Shown: positions 36,574 through 45,551, counted from the stretch's first letter. The stretch is 64,000 bases of DNA from Caulobacteraceae bacterium (GCA_036491275.1 DASXCH010000157.1:8902-72901), one strand, 5' to 3'. The notes: generated by a model not told the origin, from the letters alone. Numbers and translations: made by a program.

Positions 36574-39500
36574 CTCTCCAGGCTCAGGAGGCTGGCGTTG
36601 CCGCCGGCCGAGGTGGTGTCCACCGTCCAGGTCCGCTCGACGCAGAACCTCGGCAGATAGTGCGGGCCGCCGGCCTTGGGCCCGGTGCCGGAAAGACCCT
36701 CGCCGCCGAACGGCTGCACCCCGACCACCGCCCCGATCATCGAACGGTTGACATAGAGATTGCCGACCCTGGCGCGGGCGCGGACGGCGTCGGCGGCCGA
36801 GCCGATGCGGGTGTGGACGCCCAGCGTCAGGCCATAGCCGGAAGCCATCACCTCATCGACGGTCGCCTCCATCGCCCCGGCCCCGAAGGTGGTGACGTGC
36901 AGGACCGGTCCGAAGATCTCGCGGTCGAGGTCGGCGACGCGATCGACGTGCAGCAGGGTCGGCGGGACGAACGTCCCGTGGGCGGCGCCGGTCGGCAGCG
37001 GCAGGCGATGAAGGACGGCGTCGATGTGAGCCTCGACCCAGTCCTCGATGCGACCCCGCGCGGCTTCGTCGATCACTGGCCCGACGTCGGTCGCCGGCTC
37101 GGCCGGATCGCCGATGACGAGCTCGTCCATGGCGCCCTCGAGCATCTCCAGGATCTGCGGCGCGACATCCTCGTGCAGGCAGAGGAGGCGCAGGGCCGAA
37201 CAGCGCTGGCCGGCGGTCAGGAACGCGGAGGTGATGACGTCCTGGACCACCTGTTCGGGGAGGGCCGTGGAGTCGACCAGCATGGCGTTGAGGCCGCCGG
37301 TCTCGGCGATGAGCGGGACGAGGGGGCGGCGCTCGTCCTCCAGCAGCGTATGGGCGATGCGCCGGGCGCTGGCGGTCGAGCCGGTGAAGGCGACGCCGGC
37401 CACGCGAGGATCGGCGACGAGCGCGGCGCCGACCTCGGCCCCGCCCGTGACCAGCTGCAGCGCCTCGCCCGGCACGCCAGCCTCGAAGGCCAGGCGCACG
37501 GCATGGGCGGCGATCAGCGGCGTTTGCGGCGCAGGCTTGGCGACCACGGTGTTGCCCGCCGCCAGCGCGGCGGCGACCTGGCCGAGGAAGATGGCCAGGG
37601 GGAAGTTCCACGGGCTGACGCAGGCGAAGACGCCGCGGCCGGCCAGGGCCAGTTCGTTGAACTCGCCGGTGGGTCCCGGCAGGCGCTGGCGGGCGAGGCG
37701 CCGCCGCGCCTCGACGGCGTAGTAGCGGCAGAAGTCGGTCGCCTCGCGCACCTCGCCGATGGCGTCGCCGAGGGACTTGCCGGCTTCGCGCACGGCCAGC
37801 GCCATCAGCGCCGCGCGGTCGCGCTCCAGGAGGTCGGCCAGGCGCTCGAGGATCGCCGCCCGCTCCTCGGGGCCGCGCGCGTTCCAGGCCGGCTGGGCGC
37901 CGGCGGCCACGTCGACGGCGCGGGCGACCTCGGCCACGCTCGTCTCGACGACCTCGCCGGCGATGACGCGGTGATCGGCGGGACTGGTCACCGGTTTCGC
38001 CTCGCCGCGCTGCTCGCGCCCGCCGATGAGCGGCGCGGCTTGTGGCCGGCCCGACCAGGTCCTGCCCATGGATGTCAACGTGTCCGCGACCACCCGCTCG
38101 TCGGAGAGATCGAGGCCGGCGGAGTTCCGCCGCTCAGACCCATAGAGATCGGCCGGCAGGGGAATGGCCGGATGGGGCGTGAATCCGGCGGCTTCGGCCT
38201 CGCTGACCGGGTCGGCCAGCAAGTCATCGTCGCTGACGCCGGCGGCGCCGATCTGGTGCACGAAGCTGGTGTTGGCCCCGTTCTCCAGCAGCCGGCGGAC
38301 GAGATAGGCCAGCAGGTCGCGGTAGCCGCCCACGGGCGCGTAGACGCGGACGGCGACGCCCTCCTGCTTCATCAGGCCGTCGTAGAGGCCCTCGCCCATG
38401 CCGTGCAGGCGCTGGAACTCGAAGTCGCGGCGGGGGCCGGCCCACTCCATCACCGTGGCGACGGTGAGCGCGTTGTGGGTGGCGAAGGCCGGATAGAGTC
38501 CCTCGGCCTCCAGCAGAGCGCGGGCGCAGGCCATGTAGGACACATCGGTGCCGCTCTTGCGGGTGAACACCGGATAGTCCGAGAGGCCCCGCTCCTGGGC
38601 CCGCTTGATCTCGGTGTCCCAGTAGGCGCCCTTGACCAGCCGCACCATGATCCTGCGCGATGTCGCCGAGGCCAGGGCGTCGGCCCAGCCGACCACCGCC
38701 GGCGCCCGCCTCTGGTAGGCCTGCACGGCCATGCCCAGGCCATCCCAGCCGGCGAGGCTCGGATCGCGCGCCGCGCCCTCGATGATCGACAGCGACATCT
38801 CCAGCCGCTCGGCCTCCTCGGCATCCACCGTCAGGCCGATGCCCTGGTCCCGGGCCAGGCGCGCCAGCTCGATGAGGGCGCCGGTGAGCTTTGGGACCGC
38901 GCGACCGGCCTGCAGCGGCTCGTAGCGCGGATGCAGGGCCGAGAGCTTCACCGAGATGGAATCGCGGGTGAAGACGTCGCCCTTGACGGCCTCGGCGCCG
39001 ATGGCCCGGATCGCCTGGCGGTAGGACTCCAGATAGGCCGCCGCGTCGGGCGCGGTGCGCGCGCCTTCGCCGAGCATGTCGAAGGAATAGCGGAAGGCGC
39101 GGTTGGCCCCGCGGTCGGCGCGCCTGAGGGCTTCGCGGATGTCGCGGCCGAGGACGAAGGCCTCGCCCATCATCTGCATCGCGTTGCCGACCGCCGCGCG
39201 GATGGCCGGCTCGCCCAGGCGGCCGACGAGGCCCCGCACGGTCGCGCCGCTCGAGGACTCGGTCATGGACTGGGCGATGATCAGTCCGAGGGTGGCGCTG
39301 TTGACCAGCACCGAGTCGGCGGCGCCCAGGTGCGCCTTCCAGTCGCCAAGGGCCAGCTTGTCGCGGATCAGCGCGTCGGCGGTGCCGGGGTCTGGCACGC
39401 GCAGATAGGCCTCGGCGAGGCCCAGCAGCGCTGTCCCCTCCTCGCTGGAGAGGCTGTATTCCTGCAGGAAGCGGTCGACCCAGCCGGCCCGGCCCGGCGC

Positions 39501-39689
39501 CCGCAGCGCCGCCAGCAGCCGGCCGGCCTCCGCCCGCACGCACGTGCGTTCGTCGGGGCTCAGGCGGGCGGTCTGGGCCAGGGCCGCCAGGGCATCGGAT
39601 TCGGGGCGTCGGTAAAGCGGCGCGATCGCGCTTCGGGCTAAGACCAGCGGAGCCGCGGCCAGGGGTAGTGTCTCAGTTTGAATTGGCAC
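36570..39689 (-). CDS. putA: Bifunctional proline dehydrogenase / P5C dehydrogenase (no RHH domain)
   Basis: FLQEYSLSSEEG, YSFDMLGEGA, ISVKLSALHPRY, VDAEE, RLVKGAYWD, RRLLENGANTSF, FTGST, AETGG, AGQRCSALR, TGPKAGGPHYL; start GTG uncertain. Confidence 0.95.
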   Translation of the reverse strand: MPIQTETLPLAAAPLVLARSAIAPLYRRPESDALAALAQTARLSPDERTCVRAEAGRLLAALRAPGRAGWVDRFLQEYSLSSEEGTALLGLAEAYLRVPDPGTADALIRDKLALGDWKAHLGAADSVLVNSATLGLIIAQSMTESSSGATVRGLVGRLGEPAIRAAVGNAMQMMGEAFVLGRDIREALRRADRGANRAFRYSFDMLGEGARTAPDAAAYLESYRQAIRAIGAEAVKGDVFTRDSISVKLSALHPRYEPLQAGRAVPKLTGALIELARLARDQGIGLTVDAEEAERLEMSLSIIEGAARDPSLAGWDGLGMAVQAYQRRAPAVVGWADALASATSRRIMVRLVKGAYWDTEIKRAQERGLSDYPVFTRKSGTDVSYMACARALLEAEGLYPAFATHNALTVATVMEWAGPRRDFEFQRLHGMGEGLYDGLMKQEGVAVRVYAPVGGYRDLLAYLVRRLLENGANTSFVHQIGAAGVSDDDLLADPVSEAEAAGFTPHPAIPLPADLYGSERRNSAGLDLSDERVVADTLTSMGRTWSGRPQAAPLIGGREQRGEAKPVTSPADHRVIAGEVVETSVAEVARAVDVAAGAQPAWNARGPEERAAILERLADLLERDRAALMALAVREAGKSLGDAIGEVREATDFCRYYAVEARRRLARQRLPGPTGEFNELALAGRGVFACVSPWNFPLAIFLGQVAAALAAGNTVVAKPAPQTPLIAAHAVRLAFEAGVPGEALQLVTGGAEVGAALVADPRVAGVAFTGSTASARRIAHTLLEDERRPLVPLIAETGGLNAMLVDSTALPEQVVQDVITSAFLTAGQRCSALRLLCLHEDVAPQILEMLEGAMDELVIGDPAEPATDVGPVIDEAARGRIEDWVEAHIDAVLHRLPLPTGAAHGTFVPPTLLHVDRVADLDREIFGPVLHVTTFGAGAMEATVDEVMASGYGLTLGVHTRIGSAADAVRARARVGNLYVNRSMIGAVVGVQPFGGEGLSGTGPKAGGPHYLPRFCVERTWTVDTTSAGGNASLLSLER

Positions 39690-40015
39690 TTGTCGGCTTA
39701 CCTTCGCTGACGTCAGCCCAATGGCGCAGGGCATAGGCGAGCCAACGAGCTTCCGCTGCGGTCATTTTGACGACCACGGTCGCCCCCTTTGGAAATACCT
39801 CAATCTGCAGAGTTCCTGAGCCGGTCGCGCCAATGATCATCCCATTGAGGTCCGCCGTCATTGGTTTCTTGCGCAACATGATGCCCCCGAAATGAGGACG
39901 AGATTCTAGGCGGATTGGCGCTTCTTGTAAGGCCCGCGCGGTCCAGACTTGCGGGCGCGCGCTTCGAGCCGCTCCGCGATATCTTCCATCTCCCAGAGTG
40001 TGACGACGAGACCCC
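39664..40015 (-). mobile_element. Right-end remnant of an IS1-family-like element with passenger ORF
   Basis: Minus-strand TLWEMEDIAERLEARARKSGPRGPYKKRQSA* (stop 39906-39908) resembles recalled alphaproteobacterial IS1-like transposase C-termini; terminal GGTAGTGTCTCAGTTTGAA at 39664-39682. Confidence 0.75.
39673..39879 (-). CDS. Small hypothetical passenger protein (68 aa)
   Basis: MLRKKPMTADLNGMIIGATGSGTLQIEVFPKGATVVVKMTAAEARWLAYALRHW; more AT-rich; lies between transposase stop and IS end. Confidence 0.55.
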   Translation of the reverse strand: MLRKKPMTADLNGMIIGATGSGTLQIEVFPKGATVVVKMTAAEARWLAYALRHWADVSEGKPTSANSN

Positions 40016-40121
40016 GCCAGGGTGTCGGCAGACATGGCGGGGGCAATAGGATAGTAACAGGCGGGACGCAATTTCGCCGCCTGGCTCGGCGAAGCTTGAG
40101 CGATCTGTTGGGACGCCGCCG

Positions 40122-40505
40122 ATGAGACTCGCCCTTCCCTGCCTCGCCGCTCTCACCCTTCTGGCCGGTCAGGCCGCATGGGCCCAGGAAGTCATCCCGA
40201 CGGCCGCCAATACGGGCAGAGGCGCGCCGCCGGCCCCGGCCACGGGCCCCAGGCCGACACTACTCGCCGATCGCGACTCCGAACATGACGACCGCGGCCC
40301 CGTGCCCGTCGGGCCCTGCGGCAAGCCCTACAAGGATGACGGCAAGGGCGGCCTGAAGCAGGACAAGAATATCGGCGGCGAGGTGTGGGCCGGTGTGGGC
40401 ACTCACGGCTACCGCGATGTCGGCGCCGCGGTGTGCATCCCGGCCGGCAAGAACTCGGCGGTCAGCATCGCCATCGACCGGTCGCAGATCAACTGGCGGC
40501 GATAG
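40122..40505 (+). CDS. Hypothetical secreted protein
   Basis: Signal peptide AAWA; Cys pair; GEVWAGVGTHGYR. Confidence 0.7.
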   Translation: MRLALPCLAALTLLAGQAAWAQEVIPTAANTGRGAPPAPATGPRPTLLADRDSEHDDRGPVPVGPCGKPYKDDGKGGLKQDKNIGGEVWAGVGTHGYRDVGAAVCIPAGKNSAVSIAIDRSQINWRR

Positions 40506-40599
40506 AGGCTGCGAACCGACGAACCTACCCTTGGCGGATTTCCCCCTGCGAAGCGGGTGAGGATTTGAACGCTTGACGGTTTCGCTTGAACCGTTAAAA

Positions 40600-40614
40600 G
40601 AACAAACAGCGAAC
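40600..40614. promoter_or_regulatory. Putative LexA box
   Basis: GAAC-AAACAGC-GAAC followed by A; same form as the ssb box; 22 bp upstream of ATG 40637. Confidence 0.55.
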
Positions 40615-40636
40615 AACCGAACAAGGGGAGCTGATC

Positions 40637-40933
40637 ATGAACGCGCGTACCTGGATTGCAAGCGCCGCCACCCTGGCGGTCGTCCTCGCCGTCGGGCCGG
40701 CCTTCGCCGCCAAGCCCAAGGTCAATGAGGTCTGCCTGGCGGATTTCCACAAGCTGTGCCCGTCCGAGGAACTCGGCCGCGGCAAGGTCATCCGCTGCGC
40801 CCGCGCCCACCTCGACGCGGTGACGCCGGACTGCAAGAGCGCGGTCGACGCCGCCAACGCCTCCAACGAGAAGAAGCGTGAGACCAAGTCGGCCAAGCGC
40901 GCCTCGGCAAAAACGTCAACATCGGCAAGCTGA
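40637..40933 (+). CDS. Secreted cysteine-rich repeat protein
   Basis: Signal peptide; CLADFHKLC...IRC...DC; Lys-rich tail. Confidence 0.8.
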   Translation: MNARTWIASAATLAVVLAVGPAFAAKPKVNEVCLADFHKLCPSEELGRGKVIRCARAHLDAVTPDCKSAVDAANASNEKKRETKSAKRASAKTSTSAS

Positions 40934-41074
40934 TCCGCCTCAGTCATCGCCGATCAGGGGTCCGCTCACGCCGCAACCCGAGCGGGCCTCACGAGCGGGG
41001 CCTGTCCTCTCCGCCAGGGGACGGGCCCCTGCTCACCATGCTTCGCTATTCGAGCTTCGCAGGACGTGCCCCGT

Positions 41075-41560
41075 TCACTCCTCAAGCACCGACAAAAGCA
41101 ATTCCAGGGCGCGCGAGGCGAAGGCGGTCATATTGGCCGCCCGGTCGTCCGATCCGGTCTCCAGGGTGATCGCCATCTCGACCGGTCCAGAGACCGCCAT
41201 GCAGGAGTGGCCGGCGGCATCGCCGTAGGGATTGCCGGTCGGGCCGGCCGCGCCGGTTTCGGAAAGTCCCCAGTCGGCCGAGAGGTTTTCCTTCGCGTTC
41301 CTGGCCAGCAGCAGGGCGTAGGGTTCGCTCGACGAGCGCATGCCGGCCACCTGCTCGCGCCCGATCCCCATCAGACGGGACCGCGCACGGCCGGTGTAGA
41401 CCACCGCGCCGCCCAGGAAATAGGCGCTGGCGCCCGGCACGGCGAGCAAGGCGGCGCTGATCAGGCCGCCGGACGAGGACTCGGCGACGGCCACAGTCTG
41501 GCCCCGCGTCTTGAGGCGTTCGGCGACCGCCTCGGCGGTTCGCATGAGAGAAGCTTCCAT
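41075..41560 (-). CDS. CinA C-terminal/PncC-like protein
   Basis: VAVAESSSGGLIS, GASAYFLGGAVVY, LSETGAAGPTG. Confidence 0.88.
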   Translation of the reverse strand: MEASLMRTAEAVAERLKTRGQTVAVAESSSGGLISAALLAVPGASAYFLGGAVVYTGRARSRLMGIGREQVAGMRSSSEPYALLLARNAKENLSADWGLSETGAAGPTGNPYGDAAGHSCMAVSGPVEMAITLETGSDDRAANMTAFASRALELLLSVLEE

Positions 41561-41607
41561 GGCGCCAGTCTTGACCTGAAGGCGCGGGCTCGTCACCACC
41601 TTTGCCG

Positions 41608-41907
41608 ATGAGCGACGTCCCACCCGAACTCGCCGAGCTGCGCCACTCGATCGACAACATCGACGCGGCCCTGCTTCACCTGCTGGCCGAGCGCTTCAAA
41701 TGCACGCGCAAGGTCGGCGCCCTGAAAGCCAGGCTCGACATGCCGCCGGCCGATCCGGGCCGCGAGGCGCAGCAGATCGCCCGCCTCCGCGCCCTGGCGG
41801 CCGAGGCCGATCTCGATCCGGAGTTCGCCGAAAAGTTCCTCACCTTCCTTGTGACGGAGGTCATCCGTCACCATGAAATAATCCGGCGCGCCGGAACCGC
41901 GCCCTAA
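41608..41907 (+). CDS. Chorismate mutase (AroQ type)
   Basis: LRHSIDNIDAALLHLLAERF, DPGREAQQIARLR, EVIRHH. Confidence 0.92.
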   Translation: MSDVPPELAELRHSIDNIDAALLHLLAERFKCTRKVGALKARLDMPPADPGREAQQIARLRALAAEADLDPEFAEKFLTFLVTEVIRHHEIIRRAGTAP

Positions 41908-41922
41908 CGCGGGAGGCGACTG

Positions 41923-42669
41923 ATGGCGGCGGCGAGAGAAGCCTCGGTTGCGGTCGTCGGCGCCGGCGATTTCATCGGCGCGGCCATCAGCGGGAAGTTC
42001 GCCGCGGAGGGCTATCGCGTTTTCGGCGGGCGACGCCGGGGTAATGAGCTGGCCGAGCTGAAGGCCCGGATCGAAGCCGCCGGAGGCCGTTTCGAAGGCC
42101 GCTCACTGGACGCGCGTCAGGAAGACCAGGTCGCCGAGTTCCTGGACTGGGCCGACGCCGACCAGCCGCTCGAGGCGGTGATCTTCAACGTCGGGGCGAA
42201 CGTCAATTTCTCCGTCCTGGAGACCACCGAGCGGGTGTTCCGCAAGGTCTGGGAGATGGCCTGCGAAGGCGGCTTCCTCACCGGCCGCGAGGCCGCCCGC
42301 CGCCTGCTGGCCCATGGCCGGGGCTCGATCTTCTTCACCGGCGCCACGGCTTCGATGCGCGGCGGCACAGGCTACGCCGCTTTCGCCAGCGCCAAGGCGG
42401 GCCTCCGCGCCGTGGCCCAGTCCATGGCCCGCGAGTTCGGCCCCAAGAACATCCATGTCGCCCATCTCATCATCGACGCCGGCGTCGATACCGAGTTCGT
42501 GCGCCAGAGGATCATCGCCGCCCGCGGCGAGGCGGCGCTGGCCGATCTGCCGCCCGACACCCTCATGGCGCCCCGCTCCATCGCCGAGGCCTACTGGGCC
42601 CTGCACCAGCAGAGCCGGGACGCCTGGACCTTCGAGCTCGATCTTCGACCCTTCGCGGAGACCTGGTGA
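41923..42669 (+). CDS. SDR family oxidoreductase
   Basis: VVGAGDFIG, IFNVGAN, FTGATASMRG, FASAKAGLR, IHVAHLIIDA. Confidence 0.92.
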   Translation: MAAAREASVAVVGAGDFIGAAISGKFAAEGYRVFGGRRRGNELAELKARIEAAGGRFEGRSLDARQEDQVAEFLDWADADQPLEAVIFNVGANVNFSVLETTERVFRKVWEMACEGGFLTGREAARRLLAHGRGSIFFTGATASMRGGTGYAAFASAKAGLRAVAQSMAREFGPKNIHVAHLIIDAGVDTEFVRQRIIAARGEAALADLPPDTLMAPRSIAEAYWALHQQSRDAWTFELDLRPFAETW

Positions 42670-42685
42670 TGCCCGGAGGCCTCGA

Positions 42686-43294
42686 ATGACTGGCAAGACC
42701 GCTGAATTCCTGTTCGATTTCGGCAGCCCCAACGCCTATCTGGCCCACCGGGTGATCCCGGAGATAGAGGCGCGGACCGGCGCGAAATTCCTTTATGTCC
42801 CGGTGCTTCTGGGCGGGGTCTTCAAGGCCACCGGCAACCGCTCGCCCATGGAAGCCTACGCCGGCATTCCTGCCAAACTCGCCTACGAGGCCCTGGAAAC
42901 GCGTCGCTTCGTCGCCCGTCACGGCCTGATCAAGTATCGGCAGAATCCTCATTTCCCGGTCAATACACTGGGCATCATGCGCGGCGCCGAGGCGGCGCGC
43001 GATCTCGGGGTCTTCGGCTCTTACGTCGAGGCGGTCTACCAGGCCATGTGGGAAGACGGGCGCAAGATGGACGATCCGGCGGTGATTGGAGAGACTCTGA
43101 CCAACGCCGGGCTGCCGGCCGAAAAACTCATGGCCATGACCCAGGACCAGGCGGTGAAGGACCGGCTGATGGCTTCGACCACCCGCGCGGTGGAGCGCGG
43201 CGTCTTCGGCTCGCCAAGCTTCTTCGTCGGCGATGAACTCTACTTCGGCAAGGACCGCCTACGCGATGTCGAGGAGGCGCTGGCGACCGCATGA
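42686..43294 (+). CDS. 2-hydroxychromene-2-carboxylate isomerase (DsbA/GST-kappa family)
   Basis: FLFDFGSPNAYL, FPVNTL..MRG, RGVFGSPSFFV, FGKDRL. Confidence 0.92.
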   Translation: MTGKTAEFLFDFGSPNAYLAHRVIPEIEARTGAKFLYVPVLLGGVFKATGNRSPMEAYAGIPAKLAYEALETRRFVARHGLIKYRQNPHFPVNTLGIMRGAEAARDLGVFGSYVEAVYQAMWEDGRKMDDPAVIGETLTNAGLPAEKLMAMTQDQAVKDRLMASTTRAVERGVFGSPSFFVGDELYFGKDRLRDVEEALATA

Positions 43295-43305
43295 ACGGAG
43301 GTATT

Positions 43306-44835
43306 TCACGCGCCCTGGGCGTCGAAGAAGCTGTCGGGCTCCTCGACCTCGATGACGCGACCGCGGCGAAACTCCAGGAAACGGTTGGCCGCGGTGCGCG
43401 TAAAGTAGCGGTCGTGTGAGACGAACAGGCAGGCGACGTCGGTCTCTTCGAGTTGCGCCTCCAGGTCCTCCTGGCCCTCGATGTCGAGGTGGCTGGTCGG
43501 TTCGTCCAGCAGGTAGAAGTTCGGCGATAGCAGCTTCATTTTCAGGAAGATCAGGCGCGAGCGCTCGCCGGCGCTGAGGATGCCGATCGGATCTCGCGTG
43601 CGCTGGTAGGGGAAGCCCGCCTGGGCGAGCACCCGCGCGGCCAGGCCTTCGCTGACGCCCTCGACGTCGGTGATGTAGTCGATCACCGCCTCGCCGAGCG
43701 GCAGATCGCGCATCACCTGATCGAAATAGACGAGGCGGCTGGCGGGATTGAAGCGGATCTGCGCCGCGCCGTCATAGTGACGGGCGCGTTCGCGCCAGGC
43801 TTTGGCGAGCGCATGCAGCAGGGTGGTCTTGCCCGCGCCATTGACGCCCAGGAGCGCCACCTTGTCGCCGGCGCCGATGGCGAGGCGATCGATGGATAAC
43901 AGCTTGCGCGCCCCGTCGGGGGTGAAGAGCTCGAAGTTCTCGACCCGAAGCGCGATCTTGGCTTCGATCTCGCTGTCGCCCAGCTCCAGGCGCCGCTCCT
44001 TGGCGACATAGACCTGGGTGTGGACGTCGCGAATGTGGGAGATGCGCGTCTTCACCGCCTTCTCGCGGCGATGGAACATGTCGTTCTTCATGCCCCAGAT
44101 GTGATAGCGGGCCGCGGCCTTCTCGAGCCGCTTGATCTCCTTCTCCTCGAGCTTGCGGCGGACCGCGGCGGCGGCGTCGCGGCGCAGCAGCTCCTCGCGG
44201 GCGGTGGCGAAGGGCGTCCTGAAGGCGTGCACCCCGTCGGTGCGCAGGAAGAGCGTGCGGGTGGTCACCCGGTTGAGGAAGGCCCGGTCGTGCGAGACGA
44301 TCAGCATCGGCAGACGGAAGTCCTCGGTCAGCCAGCCTTCCAGGCGGTTGATGTGGCCGATGTCGAGATGGTTGGTCGGCTCGTCGAGGATGAGGATGTC
44401 GGGTTCCTCGAGCCGGGCGGCGCCGGCAATGAGGATCAGCCTCTGCCAGCCGCCGGAAAGGGCGCCGAAGGATCCCGCCGCGGCTTCCTCGGTGATGCCG
44501 ATCTCGGCCAGCAGCATATCGACGCGCCAATCCTCGCCGGCCGCGCCGACGCGCTCCAGCGACCGCTCCAGCACCTGGCGGACGGAGAGGCCCGCGAGAT
44601 CCGGGGAGACCTCCTGCGGCAGGGCGGCGACATGGGTGCTGCGCGAGCGGACGAGCTTGCCGGAATTGAGTTCGAGCTCGCCCGAGAGGCAGGCGATGAG
44701 GGTCGACTTGCCGACGCCGTTTTCTCCGACCAGCGCCGTGCGGGCGTCATCCAGCAGAAAGCTGACGCCGGAAAAGATCTTGCGCGTTCCGTGAAAGAAC
44801 GCGCCCTGATCTACGCCGAGTACTGCCTGAGGCAT
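43306..44835 (-). CDS. ABC-F family ATPase (two NBDs, no TM domain)
   Basis: GENGVGKST / LSGGWQR / LDEPTNHLD; GVNGAGKTT / LSAGERSR / LDEPTSHLD; helical inter-domain linker. Confidence 0.93.
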   Translation of the reverse strand: MPQAVLGVDQGAFFHGTRKIFSGVSFLLDDARTALVGENGVGKSTLIACLSGELELNSGKLVRSRSTHVAALPQEVSPDLAGLSVRQVLERSLERVGAAGEDWRVDMLLAEIGITEEAAAGSFGALSGGWQRLILIAGAARLEEPDILILDEPTNHLDIGHINRLEGWLTEDFRLPMLIVSHDRAFLNRVTTRTLFLRTDGVHAFRTPFATAREELLRRDAAAAVRRKLEEKEIKRLEKAAARYHIWGMKNDMFHRREKAVKTRISHIRDVHTQVYVAKERRLELGDSEIEAKIALRVENFELFTPDGARKLLSIDRLAIGAGDKVALLGVNGAGKTTLLHALAKAWRERARHYDGAAQIRFNPASRLVYFDQVMRDLPLGEAVIDYITDVEGVSEGLAARVLAQAGFPYQRTRDPIGILSAGERSRLIFLKMKLLSPNFYLLDEPTSHLDIEGQEDLEAQLEETDVACLFVSHDRYFTRTAANRFLEFRRGRVIEVEEPDSFFDAQGA

Positions 44836-44875
44836 AAGGGCCTGTGGAGAGCTAGGGCTCGGGCGTGACGCGTAG

Positions 44876-45071
44876 CGAATTTCAGTTCCGAGCAGGCGGA
44901 AAGGCCGCCGTGGTATCAGTCACCACAAGGACTTTTCAACGCACTCGGGGCGGAAATTCGCCGCGCCCCGGAGGGGTATGGCCGAAATCGCCCATTTCGG
45001 CGTCGCGTCGCCTAGCCGGATATCGGATCCGCCGTCGGCCCCGCTCCTGGAACTGAACGATTTCGGCTCAT
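44876..45071 (-). promoter_or_regulatory. Structured 5' leader with 19-aa uORF upstream of ABC-F (putative attenuator)
   Basis: uORF 45071-45012; long-range inverted repeat 44876-44893 / 45043-45065 enclosing four hairpins. Confidence 0.5.
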
Positions 45072-45106
45072 ACCACGCTACGAGCCATAACTGTCCGCAG
45101 GCCCTA

Positions 45107-45137
45107 AACCACGGTCCCGAAAATGGGGGCCGTGGTT
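45107..45137 (-). terminator. Intrinsic terminator after GlsB/YeaQ/YmgE gene
   Basis: AACCACGGTCCC...GGGGCCGTGGTT stem with T-tract on minus strand. Confidence 0.65.
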
Positions 45138-45177
45138 CATGGAGATGAGGCCGGGCGGCGTCAAGCCGCCCGATGGT

Positions 45178-45444
45178 TCAGGACGACGCTTGCCCGCGCC
45201 GGAACAGGAAGTGGTAGGCCAGCATGACGATGACCGCGCCGACCGTCGCCACGATGAAGCTGGTGATGTCCAGCTTGTTCATGACGTTGGTGTGGCTGAT
45301 CAGGCCGTAGAGATAACCGCCGACGATCGCCCCGACGACGCCGAGGCAGATGTCCATGATGAGGCCGGATCCGGTCTTGTTGACCAGTTTGCTGGCGATG
45401 AAGCCGGCGACGAGTCCGAGAATGAGCCAGGAAATGAGTCCCAT
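45178..45444 (-). CDS. GlsB/YeaQ/YmgE family membrane protein
   Basis: MGLISWLILGLVAGFIASKLV, DICLGVVGAIVGG, SFIVATVGAVIV. Confidence 0.93.
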   Translation of the reverse strand: MGLISWLILGLVAGFIASKLVNKTGSGLIMDICLGVVGAIVGGYLYGLISHTNVMNKLDITSFIVATVGAVIVMLAYHFLFRRGQASS

Positions 45445-45551
45445 GTGGCGCCTCCTTGCCGACGCTTGTCGCGGGCCTTGATCCGCCCGTCTGCGTCAGC
45501 GGCAATTGTCACGCTAATTTCGCAGAAGCGAAGACACGCTTGCGTGACTGC

